Shown here one piece after another: positions 37,500 through 49,900 of a DNA stretch of 64,000 nucleotides (positions within the stretch are counted from its first letter, which is position 1; each line of letters opens with the position of its first letter). Location of the stretch: contig OZ241834.1 in the NCBI GenBank assembly GCA_965202585.1, positions 37,200,001 to 37,264,000 of the forward strand. The letters are read 5' to 3'. The notes below the pieces were generated by a model. That model did not search any database. It was not told where the DNA came from and saw only the letters and a list, made by a program, of their open reading frames with translations. Both the position numbers and the translations under genes were made by a program. This stretch comes from Thalia democratica (taxonomy: Eukaryota).

Positions 37500-38035
37500 T
37501 ATCAGTTTATTGAACGACAAAAACACGTTCAAAACTTTTGGTATTAGGACCTGTTGCACGAAGAACCTTTCGCTTATCAAGTCGTACACCATGGATACCT
37601 TTCAACGTTATGTCTTAGGCCGCATTGTATAGAAAAATAGAAAGGAAACTTTGAGAACGCTTACAACTATGATCAACAGATTGGTGTGGAGAAAGACTTT
37701 TTGGTCGTCGAGCCTCACACAATATATTTTATAAACAATTTCTGAGGAATTTTTATTGAAACAATAAAAAAGAAGCTTTTAAGAATTAAAATTATTTCTA
37801 TTTAGTTTTAATAAAAAATTAATTCTAAAAGAGAGAAAAAATGGTATGTACTCTTTTTTAAACTCATTTCTGCCAATACTAATGATAAAAACTACAGTCT
37901 ACCATGGGCACCACACCGTCTCCTCCGAAAGATTTTGATTTTTACGATCATGTACGTTCCCATTTTACTTGTTGCCCTTTCTACAAGAGCAACCATGAAA
38001 ATGCAATAGCAAGAAAAAAGGGGAGAAGTGTTTAA
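37500..38035 (+). repeat. Composite repeat: an ACCTTTCG module (~37510-37620) followed by a ~390-bp element (~37645-38035) that recurs inverted at 41765-42170 and partially at 42480-42760
   Basis: Shared blocks include GAACGCT-ACAACTATG-TCAA...GAGAAAGACTTTTTG, GTCTACCATGGGC-CCACACC-TCTCC and TTGTTGCCCTTTCTACAAGAGCAACCA. Confidence 0.8.
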
Positions 38036-41000
38036 GTTACTATATTTAACACATTTCTTTTACTTTAAATATATAAAAATAAACACAAACTGTACAGAAT
38101 AACATATTTTCTAAAAATATATATAGATCTTATTTGTATGTTCTTACAAATACGTAAATGAATTAAAACTATATAGTATTTTATTATATTCTTCAAATAT
38201 GTAAATTAATCTCTTATAAACACAAGTACTAAACAAAAGCAAAGCGTTCTAAACGTTCTAAAACTAATTTAAAAAATTCAATAAATAAAAAAGCATAGTC
38301 TGAATATATTGTACCGTAGGTTGATTTAACATTTTACGATAGGTTAATTGTGAAGGTATAATAAACGAAATGTTTCACAACCATCATTTGACAATCTTTA
38401 TAACCCAGGGACTAAGTTATGTAGTTTTATAAGTCGCGAGACAACTTTTTAGAAATTATTGCTCCTAGACCACTTTATATAGATAAAATGTCTTGGGGGG
38501 CCGAACGTTTTCTAACGTAATTGTAAAAATAAATATCTAAATACTACTATAAACCAAAAGTGTGATAAAATAAGCAATAAAAGAGCACTATTAATGAGTA
38601 GTTACTAAATTAAGAGGGTAAATGCAACTCAAACGCAAAAATTTTTCTTTTTTTTTTGTATTTACTTCATCACACGACGATAAACAACGACATCCGAGAA
38701 AAGATACTTTTTATTAAAAATAAAAACTATAAAATTTGAGACTAAAAAAGTTTACTGTTCTAAACAGCCATAGACTTTATGGTGTGAAATTTAGCATAAA
38801 GTAGCAAATCAACAGCAGTTCTTATCTAAACTATTTAACCAGGACAACTCTAGTGTATTTTATTTTAAATATTGCTGCAAAACAAACTTATTTCTACAAC
38901 AATCATCAATTAAACAAAATCAAGCAGTCATGAATATTATTAAAAACAACTAAAGATATATTACAGCTGCTAATACTTGTACTGGCAATGTATATTCAAA
39001 ACTACAAACTAGTTGTTTGGAAGTACAGATCCTAACGAAGCAAGTTCGCTAGAAAAAAAAAATCACAGTATGTTTCATTGTTCAACTAACACATGTTTCT
39101 CTGTGTTAAAAGTTAACACAGTTCCCCAGAGTTTTGTAAAAAGTAACTGCAAGAAAAGTATTGAATATAAAGATTTAACAGATATAAGACTACACAGGTT
39201 CATCAGCAAGTCTTTTCTTGCAGTACTTACTATTTACAGAACTCCGTGAGACTGTGTTAACTAGTTTACCACCGAGAAACATATATTAGTTAAGTAAAGA
39301 GAAAAATAAATGTGCAGTTTTTTTTTATTACTTCAATGACTGCAACTTCACTACCAACTGCACAGTGGGCTGGCAATCGACTTTTTTGTCGACCACAAAA
39401 CAAATAAAATGTTACACATGGTCAGAGAGAATTGAAATTTTTATTTAAAACTTTTTTTCTGTATTTTTTAGTGTTTTAGAAGCTAGGTAAAAGTTGAATT
39501 GTGGCTTACTTTGCTTTTAAAAGCAACACAAAATTCTTTAAATTGTTCCACATCAAAATTAATAATTAATTAAACTACTTAAAAAGTTTGCGTTTACTTT
39601 ATACAATTTTTTTTGATATGGCAAACAATACAATAAAGTAAGATAAGTTGTAAAAAAATTAAGAAATTTTCATTTTATGTCACTTTGTTCGATTTCGTTG
39701 AAAAACTCAAGAGTATATTTAGGCTAGTTTTAGAAAATATTAACAGTCATATACCTAAAATAACCCAACAGAAACTCTATCTAAGATTTTTGCAAGGTCA
39801 GAATGCATGTAGTAGCTATAAAAAAATTGTTGAAACTTTTGCGGATGGAGATACATGTTAATTATATCTTTGTAAGCCTAGTTATGATTCGTCTATGATG
39901 AAAATAGCATTTAAATCAGAACTATATACTTTATACACTTTTAATAAACAATATACCATACTTAAAAAACAGTAAAATAAACAACAAACAAATGTTATGT
40001 CGTTTTGAGTAGCTTTTAAAATTAACTTTTGACAAAAATATCAAGAACTTTCTAAAAATTTCTGATTTAAAAAACAAATAGCAAAATTTGAGATACAAAA
40101 ACCATAAAGGAAACAAAACCAGTTTAGTTTAACAATAAATACTTTTAAAATGAGAATAGTAACTTCTACGCAACTATACCACTTATTTTGATTTACTAGT
40201 CAGAATAAAAAAAAACACTCAACCCCCTTTTCAACCCCCAGTGACTCTATAACAGCTACTTTCAAAGACACAGTTTTTTTACAAAAGGCAGTACATAAAC
40301 TGCTCTAAAGATAAAAAAACCGATTTTTATGTCACTTAAAATAAATAAAACTTTAATTTTCGGCTAACAAAATTACTTTTGTAAATGTAAACCGCGCCAC
40401 TGGTAAATAACTGCCCAGATATGGTAAAAAGCAAAGTGAATAGTGTTAAAAAATCCTGGGCGGTAAAATTAAAATAAATTAAAATATAATTTTAATCATA
40501 CTGCTAGAGATTTTTAAAACTTTTCACACTGATTTCTACCAAGTCTGTGACTGTTCTAGTAAAACAGTTAAGTTTTAACAAAATAATTATTATTTTATTA
40601 TCCTATCAAATTTATCATTTGACAATTGGTAAAACAAGTTTTTCTATGGATTTATTATTACTGGTTTAAATGAAAAAAAAAAGAGTTGTTTGGGTACAAT
40701 TATAATTGTCGCAGAACGAAGTGTAATAAATTTCAATGTCAGTTTAAAAAAAAACACACTATTCTGTAGTACTTGGTAACTAAAAGATGCGAACACTAGG
40801 TAACCAAAGTAAACAACCTTTCACCTAATTTATACAAGGTTTTTAATATTTATGTAGATAGAGTCTTTGTAAAACTTCATATAAATAAAAGACGCAATTA
40901 GAAACTTTTACGATTCAAGATCTTACTATGCAAAAATTTTACCGAGAGACATGAATATCATCAATTTAATATTTTATACATCCTGTTTTTATCAGACTCT

Positions 41001-41764
41001 ATGTTATTATAAACTGATAGAGAAGTGCTAGGCAAAACAAAGGTATTAAAAAAATTAACTTTTAAGGAACAAGTAAATAAGACTAATAAACGACTTAACT
41101 GGAAGCAACAATTTTACTACACTAATAGAGTTTTCATATGTTATATTTTAACTTTATTGTGCTGATTGCTGGTTTACAAGTCATATTCCGTTAAATTTCC
41201 GCATGAAAGTTTTGAACAACAGCTTAGTTGAATGCTGAACAAAGTTTGTTGACAATAAACAAAAGAGAACTTTTGAATATAAGTTTCAAATAAAACTGAA
41301 TTCATATTTAAATCAAGTAGTAGGCTTGTTATTTGTTATCAGGCGAATTTTGAATAAATTAAAAAAGTTGTATAGTTCAAAGTTTTTGAAGTACATTTAT
41401 TGTTTTTAGTTTTGTTCTTAACAGGCAAATTTTTTGAAATTATCAAGGATGAATAGTTCAAAATTTACTGAATAAAACTTAGTATAATGCATCATAATAT
41501 TTTAAATTTTAATAAGTAATTGGTTTCAAATTTGAACAAAAGTTTTTATAATTTGTACATAAATGAAACAAATTATAAAGATTATTAGTACAAAATACAG
41601 TTGATGATGATCTTTAGACAGCCTAGACAGCCTGTTTTTTTTGTTTTGCTCTAAATTTATTTACCTACAAACACATATACTAGAAATTTTACGACACTTT
41701 TTTAAAATACATGGCGCTCTTTCAGTTTTATGACATTATTGAATATTTTATATATACTGACATT

Positions 41765-42760
41765 ACTAACTCTCCCCATTTATTCAATTTTGAGATATCT
41801 GTTGCATTTTTTGTGGTTGCTCTTGTAGAAAGGGCAACAAGAAAAATGTGAATGTACATGATCATAAAAATAGAAATCTAGGGGAGGAGATGGTGTGGAG
41901 CCCATGGTAGACTATGGTTTCCATGGTCAATATTGGCAGTAATGGGTTAAAAAAGGGTGCTTACCATTTTTAAACATAAAAAAAAAGAAAAAATTTTTGT
42001 ATATACAGTTACTTATTAAGTTTTTGTTTTAATTCTTTCATTATTTTTTTAAAGTTAGCTCAAAGAATAGTTACAAGTAAATGGTGTGCAGCTCGATGAC
42101 CGAAAGGTCTTTCTCCACACCAATCCATCGACCTTAGTTGTGAGCGTTCACATTTTTCTTTCTTTCTTTCTAGAGTAAAACAATGTTTTGTTTGTTTTGA
42201 TAATCTGTTGAATAATATTATAATCTTGATAATATTTTAACAAATTGTTACACATGATGTAACATTTTTCTCCACAAAACATTTATTATTGCAATGGGGT
42301 AGAGTTTCATATTGATGTTTTTTATCATAAAAAAGAGATAAAAGATTAAATCCTTTTTTGTTGAAATAGATATAGAAGTAGAGACTAAAAGTAAATTTTT
42401 AAAGAACAAAAAAATCTTATTTAACTTATAAGATATTGTAGTTTTTCTAAAAAGTTTCTAATTTCAAATAAAGTAAGAAAGAAAAATGTGAACGCTCACA
42501 ACTATGGTCAATGCATTTGTGTAGAGAAAGACTTTTTGATCATCGATCTTCACACCATACATTTTATAACATTTTTTGAGCAGTTGTAATTAAAACAATG
42601 AAAACAAAACTTTAGAACATTGAAAAATCTATGTTATTATTAATTAATATTTTTATTTTAATATTATTAGTTATATTAACTCAAAGCAAAATTATTTTTA
42701 AAAGAAAAATTGTTGTGCACTCTTTTTTATACCTATCTCTGCCAATATTGTCAATGGAGA
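41765..42760. repeat. Inverted full copy (41765-42170) and direct partial copy (42480-42760) of the ~390-bp element
   Basis: tggttgctcttgtagaaagggcaacaag and gagatggtgtggagcccatggtagact are reverse complements of blocks at ~37905-37997. tgtgaacgctcacaactatgg at 42487 matches ~37651. Confidence 0.8.
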
Positions 42761-43697
42761 CAAAACAATATCAGTAAATCCCAAATTTAAAAAATCAAAA
42801 CCAAGCCATCGCTGCCCACACCCAGTCAAACCACCATCAATTAGCCCAAAAATACAAATATGCTTATACCCAAAATTTATCTTAGTTGTTAAAAAATATT
42901 GAGAAAATTAAGTTTGACTACTTCTGATTGATTTTTAATTAAAAAACTTTTTAGTCCAGATTAAAAAGCTCCAAGGTAGCTCTGATTTTTTAGGTTTCTT
43001 TGAATTTCCACTTATACTATACAAACATATAGACCACAATTTTTTCTGGGTCAATTTTCTCAGAAGTTTAATAGATCACTATAAATCTATCTCCCTTTCA
43101 TTTTTAAGCTAAAGACCTGAAACTTGCAGGAAGCGTTCCTTTAAAGACTTTGCAGTTGTAAATGTTGCAGTTGTAAAATTGTAACATTTAAGAGGGTGTG
43201 TACCTTAGTTCTCTATTATTAAGGTTTTGTTTAGATTTAAAGCTTTTTATCTCTATACTTATCAAAGTGTAAAGTTGAAAGTATAATGTATTTTCTTTTT
43301 GATATTGGTGTGACATCATCCTAGGAAATTACCAAAATTTTAATAAAAAAATATACATTTTTTTTTATTAAGTTTTCATTTTTTAAATTGAAATAATTCC
43401 CACATTCAATCAATTTAGATATTAGTAATGGACTTTTGTAAAATTTTGAAGAAAATTGGTTAAAAAATGAAGGAGAAGATATATTTTTAGTAAAATAGTC
43501 TTTTTTTTGCGTTTTAGGTTTGAGCCTTCCATTAAGAACCTATTGGGCATACCAAATTGGATTGCTTATATTTCAAAAAAATTTTAAGTGGTTAAAAATG
43601 CCTGATAGCTCAGATAAAACTCTTCAAAACTTTTAATTCTTCTATGGCCTATGCCCTTAAGTTATATACTGAAAAAAATTTATTTAAATAATATTAA

Positions 43698-44365
43698 GGG
43701 CATAGGGGGGTTAAACACTTCATTCACAATTTGGTCTTATTTTATAAGTTTTTACTAAGCTACAAGATGCTTTGTACAGATTAAAAAAATTCAAAATGAT
43801 TTTTGAGATATAGTTGGTCAAAGTTGGAGGCAACAATAGGGTTCTTATAGGAGGCGCAAACTAAAATGGTAAAAATAGACTACTTCTCTAGATATCTATC
43901 TTCTCCTACGTTTTTTGAAAGAACTACCTCAAATTTTAAGGAAATGTTCCTTGCAATATTTAGAAAATTCTGTCAGAACAAAGTTTAAAAAAATTAAAAA
44001 TAAAGTTTTTATAACAAAAATAAAAAAGACTTTTTTTGTTTATTTATTATATAGAATTTTCATTTTAAAATGTTATTAAAATTCCTTCTGAATTAATTTT
44101 CTATATATATCAATGAACATTTCCTAAAAGTTATTGGTAGTTATCTCAAAAAAAGTAGGAGAAGATAGATTTTTAGTGAAATAGTCTATTTTTGCCGCTT
44201 TTGTTTGCGCCTCCCATAAGGAACCTATTGTTGCCTCTGACTTTGACCAGCTATATCTCAAAAAATATTTTGAATTTTTTAAATCTGTAAAAAGCATTTT
44301 GTAGCTTAGTAAAAACTATAAAATAAGATCAAATTGTGAAAACAGTGTTTAACCCCCCTATGCCC
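43698..44365. mobile_element. 668-bp foldback MITE with ~290-bp terminal inverted repeats flanked by TTAA (Kolobok-like ends). An older, related right end finishes at ~43660.
   Basis: TTAA|GGGCATAGGGGGGTTAAACAC ... GTGTTTAACCCCCCTATGCCC|TTAA, and the arms align throughout. The sibling at ~43300-43660 shares GGAGAAGAT..., GAACCTATTG and CCTATGCCCTTAA. TTAA with G-rich 5' ends fits Kolobok better than piggyBac (CCC ends); this assignment is an inference. Confidence 0.85.
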
Positions 44366-46977
44366 TTAAAAAACACATCCTGTTAACACTTTGTAATGTA
44401 TATATATATTTACTTTCAACTACTGTTTTTATTTGGTATGTTATTTTTTTTGTATCTTCTAATTATAACTCTGGAATTTAACTTGATAGTTTTAAAGTAA
44501 CATTACAAGTTTACTAGATACTGTTTCTTATCTTATTCTAAATAAATTAGTTGTCAAAAGGGCTTAAAAACCAAATATGAAATATTAAGTCCAGCTGGTC
44601 AATCTTAATAAATATTGCAGTAAACTAGTTTTGTGTTATAAAATGTTTTCTCTTATTTGTAAAATTAGTTCGGTAATTTTGGTATATTTAAATACTTATT
44701 AGTAAACTTTATTTATAATTAAATTTTATTATCAATTTTCCAATAAACTTTTCACAGATATCTAATTATAATTAGTTGCTTACAAATTGGTTTTGTCTAT
44801 AACAGTGGTTCACACTCAAACAAGTTTGTAAGTTGTGTTTTTGTTCTTGACAAACTGTTTATATTTTGTTATTGAAAATTTATGAGAAAATTATTTCTTA
44901 TACAATAAATAACATTGTTAGTTACAGTTTTGAAAAAAAAAGTTTGTAGAATTAACTTGAAGTAGTTGTTTTTTAAAAACAATAAAATGAGTAAAAGTTT
45001 AAAAACAAACGATTCAGTTTAAGAAGGTGCTTTAGGTCTTTTTTCATAGTAGTTCTTGGTTTGCTTTTGATTCAAATATTATTCAAAAAAAAATTGATTA
45101 AAAAAATACTAAGATTTAATTTTCATATCATATTAAATAATATGGTTTTTTGAAGGATTTTGTTGTAAAAGTATTTTGTTGAATATATCATTTAGGTATC
45201 TTTAAAAAAAGCTATTATTATTTTTGGTTTGTATTTACAAAAATGCTATAATTTTGTTAACAATGGTTATTTTTAAACCCTTTTAAGTCTTTAAGATAAT
45301 GATTGCTACACACTCAGGAAAGGTTTAAGTTTTAGAAAAACTTGTGCTAAGTAGTTTGAAATTTTTCCAGCTTATTATTAAAAAGATTTGGCTTGTTTAA
45401 AGTTTTTTGAAAAAACTTCTGCTAATTTCTTTTTTTTAGTCTCAGGCCATTTAGATTTTTTAAGTAGTGTTTTTTCTTCTAAATATTAACTCCTTGACTT
45501 ATTATTTTATTTTTTCAAGTTTTAAATCTTAATTACCAGTAGATTAAAAAGCTTTAGACTTATTTTTAAAAAAATTTTCTCATAAACTCGACTTTGGTCA
45601 TTCGGCTAGTTTTTTTGCTTAAAACTTTTGCAACCATGTAAAATTATTAAGTTTAAAGCTCAATGTTTTGTTAGGTTTAAATTATCACTATCTTTTTGAA
45701 ATTTGTGTACTGTTATTTAATTTCAAGTTTTAAAATAATTTTAGATTTTGATTCAAGTTTTAAGATAAGTAAATGTATATAAATTTAAAATAAAATTTTG
45801 TATTTAATTTTCATGTTTGGGGGTATATTTCTTAAAAATAAAGTATTGTATAGAATTAATTCATTTTTGCCTTAAAAAAGTTCTTGATATTTATTAATCT
45901 TTAAAAACAGTTTGTAGTGTTTTATAAAAATATCAAGCTTAATCTAATCTAAAATAAAATACCTTGTCATTGTTTGGTTGGAGAAAATATTTTATTCATG
46001 ATGTATTACAACTGTCTGTTCAAGTTTTAACGTGCATTTACAAATTGTTTTGTTGTTGTAGATGTTTAAAAAACCTATTCATAATCATTTAAATTTTCCA
46101 ACAAAAATATTTACTTATAAAACCACAAAGAGACTAAATAAATAGTTGACACATTTTATAAAAGGAAATTGCTTTTTGTGCATTTTACTTAATTTAAAAA
46201 AGTACAATATACAATTGTAACTTTTAAAATCAGGTTGGCTTACAGTTTTTTAGAATAAAATTTAAAATATTCGATTTTGAATAATTACATAGAAACTAAA
46301 CAAATACTTTTTTACATTTATTTCACATAATACAAAGTGTAATTGATTTAAAAAAAGTAAGTCTTTTTTGATGAAGTTAGCTCATTATAAATAAATATTT
46401 ATTATACTTAAAGTGCTTGCTTTTGTTTTTTAGAATTTAAACAATAGTTTATAAAGTAAATTGATTGTTTTACAAAACACTTTTCTCTCACATTGACATA
46501 TAATTATTATATTTAAGAAAACTACAAAGTTTTTCAAACAAAATATGCATTTTTATAATGTCTATTTAATCATAAAGTTCATCATAATATGAAGAGTCAT
46601 GCTTTGATATATTATGCTCTGACTAATATAAACAAAAGGTACTTAAAAAATATATAATAGTTGTAACTATTCAAAATATGAACTTAATTGTTTGTTAACA
46701 AAAGATCTTAGCAAAACAAGTTCACTGGAATATATATAAAAATAACAAATTATAGAGTACTCCCGTCATTTTCATAGTTCCGTTGAAGTGTGTTAATCCG
46801 TTAACACACAGAAACATGTGTTAGTGTAATAAAAGAAGGACACTGTATAATTTGTTATTAATATAATATTTATATATATTTTTTAGAAATTACTGTAACA
46901 CAAAATAGTTGTGTTTTATTTACAATATACTTTTATGATAATCCATTTATATAAACTTATGATTTTTTTTCCAGAAT

Positions 46978-49900
46978 ATGAAGTTCCACATTTTACTAGT
47001 GCTGATTACCACAATCTGCTTATGTCTGCAAGTCAATTCTTTACCCAGTCAGTTTGAATATATAGCTAAAAATTACTGTGAACATTTTGATTAATTAAGA
47101 TTTTAAGTCAATTGTTAAAATATTTACTACAATTTGCTTATGTATGCAAGAAAACTCAAAACCTTGTTAGTTTATACTTAAAATAAAAATGTTAAACATT
47201 ATTGTGAACATTTAAAATATTTTAAATTTAAAGTAGATGTTATTAGTAATAATACTTACAAACAACAGTTTGTTGGTTTTCTCAATTCAGTAATTGGTTA
47301 CTTAAACAGTTTAAAATTATTAAAGAACATTTTTTATTTTGAGTACTTTTGTAATTGATTGATGTTTGTAAAGTAGTAGTATTCAAAATACCGATTACTA
47401 AAAATGGTCTTTAATGTGTTTGTATTACCTAATAAAAACATATTTCTTAAATATAAATTTATTTACACTCATTATTTTTAATTAATAGTTGTACACTTAT
47501 AATGAAAGATAAAACAGTTTAATTCTCAAATTAAATTTTCTGAGGAAAAAAAAAGACAACATTCAATGATCCAAAAGTTTATTTTATTGCAGTAAATTTC
47601 CCTAGTGAGATTTTCAGTTATAATTTATTTGAATATGAAGAATTATAACTGAAAATACCCCCACAGAAAAACACTTTATTATAAACTTATAAATCATTAA
47701 ACTTGTTTTGTATTATACTAAAAAATAACACATTTTATTTTACAAAATAATAGTAGTTAATTAAAATCAGATGATTTTTTTGGCTTCAAGACAAAGGATT
47801 TAAATAAGTGACTAAAAGTAAACACTAATAGTATAGTTTTTTGAAAAGTGTTTTATTGTACAACAAGTTCTAAACTTTTAAATAAAAGTAAATAATTTTG
47901 CAAAGTTCACAAAACAAAGTGTATAATATATATAATTTTAAGTTTTTTGTGTAATTTTTTTGCTTTTATACTAAAAGCTTGCATTAATTTAATAGGGGTT
48001 ATGCAGTAAATTTAGGTGTATTTATAATTTTTATGACCAATTTAAATTGTTTTCTTTGGGTTTTTCATTTTGTTTCTTAAAACTTTGTAGTATTGCAATA
48101 CTTGCATTCTCAGTATGGTACAAACAAAGACCTAACTTTTTTTGTATGAAAATATTCTTATAACAGTAAACTTTTGAATGAAGTTGTAACTTTTTAAAAA
48201 TTAAATCCATTTTTTTATGCATTAATACGGAAGACACTAGCCAGTCACTTTTTATTTTCAAAATTCAAACGCTATAGTGAACAATACAAAAGGAAGGAAG
48301 TAGAAAAATATAACTTCTTGTTTGTAAATTTACAGTTAAATGCAAAAATTAAATTTTACAACAAAAAATTGTTTTCATCTTTCCACAGCTCTTCGATTTT
48401 ATCATTATTAAAGCTTTAAAGTTCATGCCCTTTATGATAAAAATAAATAGAAACAAATTTTTCGACTTAAACTTTTAAGGCTTGGTAATTGATTTTATAT
48501 AAAAATTTATAAAGTAAAATGAGTATTTCACAGTATAAAAACAGTATATTGTTTATTGCATCAATAATGTGTTGATATTTTTAAAGTTCATTTAACTTGA
48601 TATTCCAACTATGTATGCAAAAATTAGAAGGAACACATTCATATTTGTAGAAACTTATTACAAATCTTATTTATTGTTTCTTTTTTAATTTTCAACTATT
48701 GTAATGCTTCTACTCACCACTTTTATGATGTGTTTGTTTTTTTCTTTTTCTTTGTTTTTTAAACATACAAATTAGTGAAATATTTACAAATATAGTTGTA
48801 ATAGTAAATGCTCCAACAAGTATATTTCTGAAACTAAATTATAAAAAAAGCTCTGGTATGTAAAAGATACTGTTGCATAGCAAACAAAAATATATAATAT
48901 ATTTTGTGTGCTTTCTACTTTAGAGATTGCAATGGAAGTTCTTGACTTAATGTTAAGGAGAATGGTTACTTTAAACTTTGTTAATTTATCAAAACTAGCA
49001 AAATGTTATATCTAGTTACGATACAAGCATAGCCAACTATATCGAACTAAAATCTAGTAACAGTTTAAAATAAAATAAAAAAGAGAATAGTTACTTTAAA
49101 CTTTTAGATTTTATTGTCAAAACAATGTTTCAAACGAGATCCTCACTTGAATAATAAAATATTGTTCTGTTTGATTAAGGTTTTATTATTCAACTGAAGG
49201 TCTCGTTTGAATTATCAAATTCTATCAACTGAAGGTTTAACTGAAACATTGTTTCAGACAAGTGAAACATTGGTTTGACAACAAAATTTTAAAAGTTAAA
49301 GTATTTTATATGGAAATTTTAAATCCTACACCGTTTAGTTTTAACTTTTTACTTTTGTATTTTATTTTCAACTGTTACTAGATTTTAGTTTGATAAAGTT
49401 GGCTGTATGCTTGTATCGAAACTAAATATAACATTTTTTTAAAGTTTTGATGAATTAACAGAACTAAACTCTAACAAATTTTTCTTATCCCCTTGAGAAA
49501 CTCTTGTTTTAAAAATATATATATTTTAAAAAATAAGATCTGGCTGGAGGTAATTAAAAGAAGTAAAAAAAAAGAACCAATATTTATAAGTTTATGTAAA
49601 TACTCAATTCTGTAACAATTGTTTGCTAATTAATAGAATTGAATCAATTTACAAAAAAACACAATACGTTGTTTGTATTTCTTTAATTTATAGTACCATT
49701 GAGCTGGCTCATTCAAGTGTTGTGTTTGGGATTAATTTTATTTTTTTCCCACAAAATTACCTCGTTTCTTACTTGAAATATTTTTTTGCAATTTAAATTT
49801 TGTTTTATCAAAATTTTTTGCCACAATAATCGTTTGTTTGCTCAAGTATGCACATTGTTTTTTTTTCTCAAAATTTAAACAAATAGTACTTGTACTATTG

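Noticed and set aside
42090-42125. CTCGATGA-CC-GAAA resembles a minimal hammerhead ribozyme core
   Set aside because: The core deviates (CUCGA instead of CUGA, GAAAG instead of GAAAC) and stems I and III around a cleavage triplet could not be formed.
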